Source: a virus (taxonomy: Duplodnaviria; Caudoviricetes). From it: a stretch of DNA of 28,875 bases. This document shows positions 7,857-16,368 of this stretch, piece after piece. Both the position numbers and the translations under genes were made by a program. The DNA lies in the IMG/VR virus record IMGVR_UViG_3300042334_000609, positions 1-28,875 of that record. One strand, written 5' to 3'. Under the pieces are notes generated by a model. It was given only the letters and a program-made list of their open reading frames with translations, did not search any database and was not told the origin of the DNA. Every line of letters starts with the position of its first letter. The first letter of the stretch is position 1.

Positions 7857-8693
7857 ATGGCTATCGATCACAAGGAAATTAGCAAATGGCTATTTGACAA
7901 AGAAGTAGAGTTTGAATCTCTCGACACATTTAAGGATGAACTATCTAAGCGTTATGTCTCTCGTGAGGTTGCTGCCGATGATGAAGACATTCGCAACAAG
8001 GTAACCGGGAAGACTCTCGGCACTCTTGAGACTAAGTTTAAACGCCAGTTTGGACTTACTGAAGAAGAAGTAAAAGGCAAGAAGCTTAGTGACCTCTTCG
8101 AGATTGCTGAGACGAAGCAGAAGGGATTGATTGATGACTTGCAGGCACAGATTAAAACGCCAGGTCAAACTCCCGAAGAGATTAAGGAACTGAAGGCTCA
8201 GTTGGAAGATGCTAAGAAGCGCAGCAAAGAGCAAGAAGAGCTTGCTGTTGACTTAGGCAAGAAGCTACAAGAGAACGAGGGCGAGTTCAATAATCGTATC
8301 AATTCGTATATGGCTGATATGGAATTGAACAAAGTGAAGTCTTCTATTCAATGGGCTGACTCAGCGAATCAATACGCTAAGAAAGGCTTTGAAATTGATA
8401 TTGCAGAAAAGTTTAACTTTGTGCTGTCTGATGGCAAGTTGATTGCTACCGATAAGGCTGGAAATCAGGTTAAGAATGAAAAGGGGACTGGATATATGAC
8501 CCCTGAAGAAATTCTCCAATCTGAAGCCTCCAAAGCTGGATTAATTAAAAAAGCAGGAGAGGCAGGTTCTCAAACGGTAACCACCAACACATCTGTTCAG
8601 ACAAATACTGGCTCAGGCAACGGAGCGCAGAGAAGGTTCATTCACCCACGGGCGCAAGGACATCTCGAAGCACTCGCAGCTGCTAAAGCTTAG
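7857..8693 (+). CDS. Capsid scaffolding protein
   Basis: Highly charged E/K coiled coil with a flexible G/T/N-rich C-terminus, immediately upstream of the capsid gene. Confidence 0.75.
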   Translation: MAIDHKEISKWLFDKEVEFESLDTFKDELSKRYVSREVAADDEDIRNKVTGKTLGTLETKFKRQFGLTEEEVKGKKLSDLFEIAETKQKGLIDDLQAQIKTPGQTPEEIKELKAQLEDAKKRSKEQEELAVDLGKKLQENEGEFNNRINSYMADMELNKVKSSIQWADSANQYAKKGFEIDIAEKFNFVLSDGKLIATDKAGNQVKNEKGTGYMTPEEILQSEASKAGLIKKAGEAGSQTVTTNTSVQTNTGSGNGAQRRFIHPRAQGHLEALAAAKA

Positions 8694-8711
8694 TAATCGC
8701 ACGACAAAGCT

Positions 8712-8767
8712 GTGTCTCGATGGACATTAAACATCGAAGTGTGCCTTGGCTGGGCAGTTAACAGCCG
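8712..8767 (+). promoter_or_regulatory. Tandem predicted H-type pseudoknots in the major capsid leader
   Basis: PK1: GTGTC(8712-16)/GACAT(8723-27) and TCGATG(8717-22)/CATCGA(8732-37). PK2: TGCC(8742-45)/GGCA(8753-56) and TGGCTG(8747-52)/CAGCCG(8762-67). Confidence 0.7.
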
Positions 8768-8793
8768 TTTAACAAAAACTTTGATTTTTAACA

Positions 8794-9828
8794 ATGTCTT
8801 ACGCATTTTCTTCATTCGTTTCTTGCCCTGATATTCAGGGCCGCATTGACGAGGGTTACTTTAAAGCAGACCCTACAATGTTCCCAGGCTTCATTAACAC
8901 CTTGCGTGCCGTTACATCTCCGATGAACGAAGCAGGTATTTTGCAGAGCCAAATCGACTCAAAGAACGGTCACTACCGTGCTGTTGAAGTTGTTTACCAA
9001 CCTCGTATGTCTGACGCAGATACTTCAAGCTCTGCTGAACTTACTTGTGCTGCTGGTCCTACTTTTGGCGAGACCTCTAAGCTGTACACCATCGACCCTA
9101 CCGAAGGTGCTTCACGCAGCTGGTCTCTCTCTTTAGACCAACTCGCTCCACGTTGCGAAAGTGACGAGAACTATGTTGCTCGCCAATTAGCTATGCACAT
9201 GCAAGCTATCAAGCGTTCAATCAACTCTGAGGCTGTATCTTTCCTTTCTACCAACTTTGGTAAATTGGCTGGTGGTGGCACATTGTTGACTACTGCCACT
9301 AAGAACAACACTACTGGTGTTTACTTGGATGACTACTTGAGCGATGTAACTTACGCTTACCAAGTTGCTGAAGGATGGGATCGTCCTATCATCATCGGTG
9401 GTGAGTTGACCCAAAAGTACATGACTGCTTTGAAGAGCCATTGCTGCGCTACTGTAAACGTAGACTTAGAGGCAATGATGCAGAGCGATGCTCAGTCATA
9501 CTTCTTCTTCGAGCCTAAGGCTGACACTGTATTCGGTGCTGGTGAATTCGCATTCATGGCCCCTGGTGCTGTACAGATGCTTCGCTACAACGCTTTCAAA
9601 GGCGCACAAGGCATCCGTGTAATTGACGATGAGTCTATCAAAAAGGGTACTATCGTAGACCCTGAGACTGGCTTGGAGTTCGATTACTATGCTCAGTTGG
9701 ATTGTAACACATGGAAGTTTTGGATGGGATTGAGCTACAAGTTTGTAACTCTACCTGAAGACATCTTCTTGACTACCGATGAGTTGCATGACGTTAACTA
9801 CGTCTTCAACGGCAAGGTTTCTAACTAA
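8794..9828 (+). CDS. Major capsid protein
   Basis: 344 aa, follows the scaffold, strongly biased codons, 100-nt upstream gap and a strong terminator downstream. Confidence 0.8.
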   Translation: MSYAFSSFVSCPDIQGRIDEGYFKADPTMFPGFINTLRAVTSPMNEAGILQSQIDSKNGHYRAVEVVYQPRMSDADTSSSAELTCAAGPTFGETSKLYTIDPTEGASRSWSLSLDQLAPRCESDENYVARQLAMHMQAIKRSINSEAVSFLSTNFGKLAGGGTLLTTATKNNTTGVYLDDYLSDVTYAYQVAEGWDRPIIIGGELTQKYMTALKSHCCATVNVDLEAMMQSDAQSYFFFEPKADTVFGAGEFAFMAPGAVQMLRYNAFKGAQGIRVIDDESIKKGTIVDPETGLEFDYYAQLDCNTWKFWMGLSYKFVTLPEDIFLTTDELHDVNYVFNGKVSN

Positions 9829-9850
9829 GTTTAGAAGGTTCGCAATTACG

Positions 9851-9879
9851 AGGGGTGCTGAAAAGCATCCCTTTTTTTT
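9851..9879 (+). terminator. Rho-independent terminator
   Basis: AGGGGTGCT-GAAA-AGCATCCCT (GNRA loop, one G-U pair) followed by a T tract. Confidence 0.9.
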
Positions 9880-9883
9880 GTAT

Positions 9884-9891
9884 TAACTTTG
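9884..9891 (+). promoter_or_regulatory. -7 promoter element (TAACTTTG)
   Basis: Exact TAnnTTTG right after the terminator; ATG 9896 follows after 4 nt. Confidence 0.7.
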
Positions 9892-9895
9892 AGCC

Positions 9896-10897
9896 ATGAG
9901 TTGCTGGAATAATGTAATAGGTATAAGAGGGTTGTGCGAAGCGCAAGAACCTTCAAGCGGTCTGTATATAAACGACCTTACGGGTATCTCTATTCAAGAC
10001 TTGAATGCAGGGGTAAACAGCGAGGATTCTACCGCATTTACGCTCATTCAGAGGAAGATTGACCAAGCTGCTACTATGATGCAGGCAGAGGCTTTATCTT
10101 ACCTCTACAACCGCTGGAACTACACTACAAGCTCTTGGAACGGACAGATTGGATACTTCCCTGAGTCTTTACGTTCTTTAGGTGCTTCTGCTGTTTATAG
10201 AGGCATAGGAATGCGTTACCGCCAAGCAGACTACATTAGTGTATCTCTGAATGCTGTTACGCTTTTACTACCCGTTACGGCTACGATTAACGTATTGGTG
10301 GTTGACCTTATTACGGGGACCATCTTGGACACCATCCCGGTGAATGCCATTGCTAATAAACAAATTCGTTTAGTTACTAATAAGAAATACGCCAGCAATG
10401 GGCAGATGCTTAATTTAGCTGTTGTGTACAATGCTACATCTGTTGCTTCTTTTCAGACAGGTCTTTACCCTACTTATAACTGCGGAAGCTGCGGAAGAAA
10501 CTATCGCTGGTATGACAATATGCTTGAGCGGACCATTGAAATCCCTACAAGCGGATCTATCCTTGAGCAGAACATTAGCGGTGGAAGCTGGACTGGTGGC
10601 TTGAGTATAGACTACCAAGTGGCTTGTAGCTTCGAGAGCCTTCTATGCGCTCATATAGGGCAGCTAGGCTATCCTTTGCTCTACAAGGCTGGAATGCTTA
10701 TCTTGAAGGAGATGGAGTTCTCTAAGCGTCTTAATGGCGTTATCTCTTACAACAGAGAGCGCAACCAAGAGTTAGGCGAATACTACCAAGCGCAGTACGA
10801 TGCTTATATGCAGAGATACTTTGATGCAGCGCAGCTACCTCAGAGTGGATGTTTTTCTTGTAAGCAGAGAGTAAGGCAGGCAAGCCGAATCCCATGA
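9896..10897 (+). CDS. Putative head-tail adaptor / structural protein
   Basis: 333 aa, immediately after the capsid gene, two CxxC motifs (CGSC, CFSC). Function from position only. Confidence 0.5.
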   Translation: MSCWNNVIGIRGLCEAQEPSSGLYINDLTGISIQDLNAGVNSEDSTAFTLIQRKIDQAATMMQAEALSYLYNRWNYTTSSWNGQIGYFPESLRSLGASAVYRGIGMRYRQADYISVSLNAVTLLLPVTATINVLVVDLITGTILDTIPVNAIANKQIRLVTNKKYASNGQMLNLAVVYNATSVASFQTGLYPTYNCGSCGRNYRWYDNMLERTIEIPTSGSILEQNISGGSWTGGLSIDYQVACSFESLLCAHIGQLGYPLLYKAGMLILKEMEFSKRLNGVISYNRERNQELGEYYQAQYDAYMQRYFDAAQLPQSGCFSCKQRVRQASRIP

Positions 10898-11484
10898 CCC
10901 CTGAGCAATTCATAGCGCAGCTTAAAAGACAGAAGAGTACCTTACAAGCGGCAGCAGAGCAGTCTTTAGAAGAGGCAGCTAAGGCTACGCATATGAAGGT
11001 TTCTTCTCGCATCTTTATCCAAGGTAAGGCTGCTGATGATAGTAAGATAGGCAACTATTCTACCAAGCCATTAGTGGTTTCTAAGAAGTCTTTCGTTAAT
11101 AAGTCTGCTTTTAAGCAAAGCCAGCGACCTAACAAAGGAGGTGGCACTCGCCCTATGTTTATTAAGTTTCCTAACGCCAAGAAGGCTACTCCCGTTATGG
11201 TGTTGCCTGGTGGATACAAGCAGTTAAAGCAGATACAGAACCTTAAAAGCCAGTATGTGGACTTGATATACACGGGAAGAACGCAGAGGGCATTTATAGG
11301 CTCTCTACGGAAGTTTGGAAGGTATGGCTGGGCAGCAATACTCCGAGGCACTAAAACTGCTGAGAAGGCTGTATTGAACGAGAATAAGTTTGGCAAGAAG
11401 ATATTCGCCTTGACTAGGGAAGAGGAAGTATTCTTCACTAGGCGGTTTGTATCCACCTTCAATAAGAAATCTCAAATAACGTAA
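10894..11484 (+). CDS. Putative neck / tail-completion protein
   Basis: Basic 196 aa protein with VDLIYTG motif typical of virion morphogenesis (gp10-like) proteins; ATGA overlap. Confidence 0.55.
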   Translation: MTPEQFIAQLKRQKSTLQAAAEQSLEEAAKATHMKVSSRIFIQGKAADDSKIGNYSTKPLVVSKKSFVNKSAFKQSQRPNKGGGTRPMFIKFPNAKKATPVMVLPGGYKQLKQIQNLKSQYVDLIYTGRTQRAFIGSLRKFGRYGWAAILRGTKTAEKAVLNENKFGKKIFALTREEEVFFTRRFVSTFNKKSQIT

Positions 11485-11489
11485 CTTTG
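11482..11489 (+). promoter_or_regulatory. -7 promoter element (TAACTTTG)
   Basis: Exact TAnnTTTG overlapping the upstream TAA; ATG 11495 follows after 5 nt. Confidence 0.55.
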
Positions 11490-11494
11490 AGGAT

Positions 11495-12091
11495 ATGATA
11501 GTAACGGACATTACGAGCGAGATATTTGAGAGGCTGAAGCAATATCAGCTTGTTAAGCATTACGGCTTTGCGGAGATGCTTCCCGATGGGGATGCTACTA
11601 TCCCTGCTGTATATTGCTCTAATGGCGATTATCGGCACGTTATAAACGATTACGAGTGGACTGAGGGCATTGCCTACATCCGCTACAATGGAGCAGAGAA
11701 TACCACTTTGGTAGACGAGGTCTTTATAGGCTGCCAAGACTTGCTTAATACTGTCTTCCCTATGCGCTTAGTGGTTATAGGCAAGAGGAAAGGGCAGAAA
11801 CCTTACGAGGTAGCTTCTCTGATTAAGAGTAAGATTACCGGTATGTACGAGAACCTTGCCCAAGCTTACGGAGCAGTCTATGTAGACATTACCGCTGCCT
11901 CTGTGCAATACGATATACGGGTTAACTTAAACTCCGAGTTTGATGGAGCAGACATTGCTTGGGACACCGAGCTGTACATTATCTCTGTTGATCTTAACAT
12001 AGAAGTTCGTGGTGATGCCACTTGCTTGAACGACTTAGAGCCTTGCGCTACAAGAATATTTGATAACACTTTTGACCAAACATTTAACTAA
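11495..12091 (+). CDS. Putative tail terminator / structural protein
   Basis: Acidic alpha/beta protein in the neck block with C-terminal RIFDNTFDQTFN. Confidence 0.5.
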   Translation: MIVTDITSEIFERLKQYQLVKHYGFAEMLPDGDATIPAVYCSNGDYRHVINDYEWTEGIAYIRYNGAENTTLVDEVFIGCQDLLNTVFPMRLVVIGKRKGQKPYEVASLIKSKITGMYENLAQAYGAVYVDITAASVQYDIRVNLNSEFDGADIAWDTELYIISVDLNIEVRGDATCLNDLEPCATRIFDNTFDQTFN

Positions 12092-12624
12092 TGGGACAGC
12101 TACTTACAGATGCGTTAGTAATTAAGAACGAAACGCTTTCGGGCGCAAACACCGCAACGAGAGTTGGTGGATGGATGGAAGACGCTGCTACATACATTGA
12201 GGAAACACCGAGTGTGTTAAACTTCTTTGACTTTGCTACTGAAGGCACTACTGTCTTAACGCAAGATGTTTGGTCACCTTTAAACGCTACCATTACGGTA
12301 GGATTTAGCAGAAACGGATTAAGTGTTAATACTGCTGGACTCGTAACTTATACTGGTCCGCAGAAGTACTTCCGTGTAAGCTTTATTGCTGCTGTATTGG
12401 CTCAGACAAATAGGAAAGTGCATATTGCCTTGTTTAAGAATGGGCAGCTATGGCCTTGCTCTGAGTTTGCTCAAGCAGCAGGTTCTGTTAGCGAGGTAAC
12501 CCTTCCAGGTCAATGTGTAGTCCCTTTATCTACGGGAGACACTATCCAAGTTTACGTTAAGTGTTCTACCCACGCCATTACGATTACCTTGGATAACTTG
12601 AATGTGATTATTAACGAGTTTTAA
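12091..12624 (+). CDS. Structural protein with C1q/TNF-like beta-sandwich C-terminal domain
   Basis: N-terminal IKNETLSGANTATRVGG attachment-type motif; C-terminal IALFKNG...VVPLSTGDTIQVYV typical of C1q-like jelly rolls. Confidence 0.55.
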   Translation: MGQLLTDALVIKNETLSGANTATRVGGWMEDAATYIEETPSVLNFFDFATEGTTVLTQDVWSPLNATITVGFSRNGLSVNTAGLVTYTGPQKYFRVSFIAAVLAQTNRKVHIALFKNGQLWPCSEFAQAAGSVSEVTLPGQCVVPLSTGDTIQVYVKCSTHAITITLDNLNVIINEF

Positions 12625-12629
12625 ATTGC

Positions 12630-12637
12630 TAAATTTG
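12630..12637 (+). promoter_or_regulatory. -7 promoter element (TAAATTTG)
   Basis: Exact TAnnTTTG in a 17-nt intergenic gap; ATG 12642 follows after 4 nt. Confidence 0.7.
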
Positions 12638-12641
12638 CAAC

Positions 12642-13145
12642 ATGGCATTATCCAAGCTCACTAACTACGTCCTAAGCGACAGCTTCATTAGGCTCGACTA
12701 TGCTGATGGTCGGCAATGGTATGTCCCTTATGGACAAATCATAGCTACGTTAATTGACCCTACGAGCGGTCAGTACATTGCTAAGTTGTTTGAGAAGGGA
12801 TTGGTAGGAGAGACTTTGGAAGCTACCCAGGCTGACTTAGCTGCTTTAGGCACTAACGTACAAGCCTTTATCGATGCTTTGAATACTATCCTTAAAAACT
12901 TTAGCTTTTGGACTTCTATATATGAGGATTACATGAGCAGAGCTGCTACTGACGGAGGAAGCGTAGATACGAGGTTCAATTCAAGATGTGCTAAGTCCAC
13001 TTTCATAGAGGATATGCCAACTGCTACTGACGAGTACGTTTTAGTTTGGAACACTCAGACAAGGTCTTTAGCTGATGGTGGAAACGGATTCGATGCTAGA
13101 TCCCTTGATTGCTCATATGAAATTGCAGAAGAAATATTAAACTAA
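12642..13145 (+). CDS. Hypothetical structural protein; N-terminal half paralogous to 15788..16045
   Basis: RLDYADGRQ, IDPT.G.Y and DL.ALGT...AF...LN..L are shared with 15788..16045. Confidence 0.75.
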   Translation: MALSKLTNYVLSDSFIRLDYADGRQWYVPYGQIIATLIDPTSGQYIAKLFEKGLVGETLEATQADLAALGTNVQAFIDALNTILKNFSFWTSIYEDYMSRAATDGGSVDTRFNSRCAKSTFIEDMPTATDEYVLVWNTQTRSLADGGNGFDARSLDCSYEIAEEILN

Positions 13146-13152
13146 AAGAATA

Positions 13153-14337
13153 ATGGCTACACCATCCTTATATATTGCCCCTGATATGCTGAAAGCTGGA
13201 AAGCTTTACTCGCAGCTACCTCCTTCAGGCGCAGGTGACTTCACGGTAGTACGCAACACTACTGCGACTCGTGTTAACGCTTCGGGGTTGATTTCGAGCG
13301 TGGCTGCCAACGTACCGAGGATTGATTACACTGGCGGTGGATGCGGAAGCCTTTTAGTTGAGCCTGCTGCGACTAATTTAGTTTTAAGGAGTGAGGAGTT
13401 TAGCGTATCAGGAACTTGGGCGCAGGTTGATACGACAATTACGGCAAACGATTTTACAGCACCTAACGGCACAATGACCGCTGACCGAATGAACATAGCA
13501 GGTCAAAATAGCAGGGTAACACAAAGTTTTTCATTGGGAGCGACTACGGTTACTTTTAGCATTTACCTTTATAGTGCTGTATCTTTTACATTGAGAATTG
13601 TTGCGGTCGTTGATGGCAGTAATGTTAGCAGAAATATTACCATAACTGCTGGGCAATGGACAAGGTTTGCTGAAACATTTACTTCAACTGCTACTATTAC
13701 AAGCGTAGCGGTAAGGGGGTTAGCTGGCGGTAGCACGGGAGACATCTTCCTTTGGGGCGCACAACTCGAAGTCGGCTCAGTCGCTACCTCCTACATACCC
13801 ACGGTCGCAACGACACAAACCCGTAATGCCGATGCAATATCCCTAACGGGCGCATCTGCTTTGATTGGACAAGCGAGCGGTACTGCTTACGTTGAATTTA
13901 CATATAGAGGTGCGCCAACAATTAGAAGTGGTCCGCTTTATTTAAGACAAGCCACCCTTAGAGGTATTAGTTTAAGTTACGCTTCAGCTGTTGGGGGGAT
14001 TGAGGTGTTATCACGCAATAATGCAGGCACTGCTTTTATCACCGCTGTGTCAGGAACGCTTCAAATAGGCACTAATTACAAGATAGCTATTGCATACGAT
14101 GCAGCAGGTACAGCAGCAGGCGGAACTCGGGTTAACGGCATAACTATTTATGTCAATGGTGTTCTTGCTGCAACTGGTAATTTTCAAGTACCTGATGCGG
14201 CAGGTTTAAATGACATATGGTTCTATGGCGCAAATTCTTCTACCGAGGCAGAAGCATTTAATGGGCGCATCAACACCGCTGCCCTCTATCCGACTCGTCT
14301 TACTAACGCTGAACTCGCAGCACTAACCACCTTATAA
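13153..14337 (+). CDS. Tail fibre / receptor-binding protein (carbohydrate-binding plus LamG/ConA-like domains), copy 1
   Basis: Thr/Gly/Ala-rich beta protein; LLVEPAATNL, WGAQLE.GSVATSYIPT, IYVNG, and a LamG-like end (YPTRLTNAELAAL). Confidence 0.75.
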   Translation: MATPSLYIAPDMLKAGKLYSQLPPSGAGDFTVVRNTTATRVNASGLISSVAANVPRIDYTGGGCGSLLVEPAATNLVLRSEEFSVSGTWAQVDTTITANDFTAPNGTMTADRMNIAGQNSRVTQSFSLGATTVTFSIYLYSAVSFTLRIVAVVDGSNVSRNITITAGQWTRFAETFTSTATITSVAVRGLAGGSTGDIFLWGAQLEVGSVATSYIPTVATTQTRNADAISLTGASALIGQASGTAYVEFTYRGAPTIRSGPLYLRQATLRGISLSYASAVGGIEVLSRNNAGTAFITAVSGTLQIGTNYKIAIAYDAAGTAAGGTRVNGITIYVNGVLAATGNFQVPDAAGLNDIWFYGANSSTEAEAFNGRINTAALYPTRLTNAELAALTTL

Positions 14338-15467
14338 TGGCTACACCTTCACTACTAATAATCCCCGACCGCTACAAAGCAGCGAAGCTATACTCACAAA
14401 TCCCCGAATCGGGGGCAGGTGACTTTACCGTTACAAGAGGCACAACGGCTACCCGTGTGAACGCTTCGGGACTAATCGAATCCGTAGCATCGGGAGTGCC
14501 GAGGATAGACTATACTGGAGGGGGTTGTGGTAGCTTGTTGGTCGAGCCTGCTGCTACTAATTTGGCTTTGTACAGCGAAGATTTTACCCAAGCCGTATGG
14601 GCGAAAACGGTAAGCGCATCAGTATCGGGCAACACAACGGTATCGCCTGATGGAACGACAACGGCAGACACTTTTACAGCAGGTGCAAATGGCAGCCAAG
14701 TGCAGCAAGTTTTTGTAGGCGTATCAGGAACGACTTATAATGTTTCTTTTTATATTAAAAGAAGAACTGGCAGCGGAGTAGTAAACATTCGTGCAGTTGA
14801 AAATGTTAATACACCTATAACAATTACCAATAATTGGACAAGGGTTTCTTTGTCTGCAACAGCTACGTCTACCTCTATTAGGGTAGGATTAACGCTTGCA
14901 ACTTCAGGTGATGCGGTTGACATTTGGGGCGCACAACTTGAAACAGGCAGCGTAGCCACATCGTACATCCCTACCGTAGCAACCACACAAACCCGTAACG
15001 CTGACGTTATCTCTCTCTCATCCGTGAGTGGGTTGATTGGGCAGACCGAGGGAACTTTGTATGCGGAGGTAGATGTAAGTAAATTACTTGGCACAGTTGT
15101 CAGGGGAATGTTAACAATTAGCAATAACACCACAGCCAATAGGATTCAAATTGGATTTACTGGTGCATCTGCAAATACTATCAGGGTAATTTATTCGGGA
15201 GCATCAACACTAAATTACAATTTTGCTATAACAACTACTGGCATTTACAAGATAGCATTTGCTTACAGCGCATCTTCTACTGCTTTTTATGTCAACGGTT
15301 CTTTAGTTTCTGCTTTAGGTGGAAATTCATTTTCTGCCTCGGTTGGAAATGTTTATTTAGGTTCAGTTTTTGACGGAACTTCTGCCCTGAACGACCGCAT
15401 ATCCGCAGCAGCAATATACACATCTCGCCTTTCAAATTCTGAACTCGCTCAACTCACAACCTTATGA
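14337..15467 (+). CDS. Tail fibre / receptor-binding protein, copy 2
   Basis: Shares N-terminal, central and C-terminal blocks with 13153..14337; the domains in between are divergent. Confidence 0.75.
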   Translation: MATPSLLIIPDRYKAAKLYSQIPESGAGDFTVTRGTTATRVNASGLIESVASGVPRIDYTGGGCGSLLVEPAATNLALYSEDFTQAVWAKTVSASVSGNTTVSPDGTTTADTFTAGANGSQVQQVFVGVSGTTYNVSFYIKRRTGSGVVNIRAVENVNTPITITNNWTRVSLSATATSTSIRVGLTLATSGDAVDIWGAQLETGSVATSYIPTVATTQTRNADVISLSSVSGLIGQTEGTLYAEVDVSKLLGTVVRGMLTISNNTTANRIQIGFTGASANTIRVIYSGASTLNYNFAITTTGIYKIAFAYSASSTAFYVNGSLVSALGGNSFSASVGNVYLGSVFDGTSALNDRISAAAIYTSRLSNSELAQLTTL

Positions 15468-15748
15468 TAAAGAAATACGAATTTCCGACAAAAGAAAAAG
15501 CACTTGCTGAACTAAACGCAACAAGCGAGCAAGTAGGCTTCCTCCAAGTAGAAGGCGCAGAGAATGCCGTTGACCTTGGGCATATCACTTTGGTAGATGC
15601 CGTAATGGATGGCGAGAAGGTAGTAACCCCTGCGGTCTTATCTCAAGGCTACTGCGTGGATGTGATGTGGACTATTGCACCTCCTGCTCACTTGAGTAAG
15701 TACGAGGTTGCCCCAAAAGTATCAAAGCACGGCTTCAGCGAAAGCTAA
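15464..15748 (+). CDS. Hypothetical fibre-associated protein
   Basis: 94 aa, ATGA-coupled to the second fibre gene. Confidence 0.65.
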   Translation: MIKKYEFPTKEKALAELNATSEQVGFLQVEGAENAVDLGHITLVDAVMDGEKVVTPAVLSQGYCVDVMWTIAPPAHLSKYEVAPKVSKHGFSES

Positions 15749-15787
15749 TAACTTAATTTGTATTACCTTAGTACCAAATTATAAACA

Positions 15788-16045
15788 ATGGCAGCTTTAC
15801 CATCATTGACAGCATTCAACTTCGGCACAGAGCAGTTAAGGCTCGATTACGCTGACGGAAGGCAGTATTTCTTAAACTACAAGGACATTGTAGGAGTGCA
15901 GATTGACCCGACTACTGGCATTTATGTCGTTCGTATCTATCCTTCGGGAGAGGTGGGTGTATCTATCTCCGTTGCAAACCCTGACTTAATAGCTTTAGGC
16001 ACTACCTACACGGCATTCGTTTCTACCCTTAACTCCTACCTCTAA
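15788..16045 (+). CDS. Hypothetical protein, paralog of the 12642 N-terminal domain
   Basis: Clear residue-level similarity; A-rich start context; possible promoter variant TACCTTAG at 15764-15771. Confidence 0.75.
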   Translation: MAALPSLTAFNFGTEQLRLDYADGRQYFLNYKDIVGVQIDPTTGIYVVRIYPSGEVGVSISVANPDLIALGTTYTAFVSTLNSYL

Positions 16046-16368
16046 TGCTACAAGTTAAGCAGTTCCTACTCGAAATCGGAATAAACATCGGCATGGCTCT
16101 TAGTGGCTTTTTTGGCAGCTTACTCTTAGTAGGCAAGCAGAAAGACGCTGACATCCGTACACAGCTGTTCTCTGTAATCGCAGGCACTCTTAGCGCAAAT
16201 TACGTTACTCCACTTGTAGTGGATATTGCCAACCTCGATATGCAGTCTGCTCAGTTTGCTATCGCATTCTTAGTAGGCTTTGGAGGTTTGAAGCTTGTTG
16301 AGCATTTAGATGCTAAGTACATCCATCCTATTACTAAAGTAAAGGAAGATGAGAGCGACTCTAACTAG
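16045..16368 (+). CDS. Putative holin
   Basis: 107 aa with about three hydrophobic segments and a charged C-terminal tail, overlapping the endolysin candidate. Confidence 0.7.
   Translation: MLQVKQFLLEIGINIGMALSGFFGSLLLVGKQKDADIRTQLFSVIAGTLSANYVTPLVVDIANLDMQSAQFAIAFLVGFGGLKLVEHLDAKYIHPITKVKEDESDSN

Noticed and set aside
7545-8696. Stop-codon reassignment (TAG), as in some Bacteroidota phages
   Set aside because: Genes tile densely under the standard code and TAG ends genes at sensible places (7547, 8693 followed by TAA, 18667).
8712-8767. Mini-CRISPR array, simple DNA repeat or readthrough/frameshift signal
   Set aside because: The units share structure rather than sequence and have no spacers; the scaffold ends in a double stop (TAG TAA) and no slippery heptamer precedes them.
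9819-9836. Small hairpin TTCTAA-CTAAGT-TTAGAA around the capsid stop codon
   Set aside because: Weak AU-rich 6-bp stem; the real terminator is at 9851-9879.
13153-15467. Diversity-generating retroelement or invertase-driven fibre switching
   Set aside because: No reverse transcriptase or site-specific recombinase in the window; the paralogs are in direct orientation and their differences are not adenine-specific.
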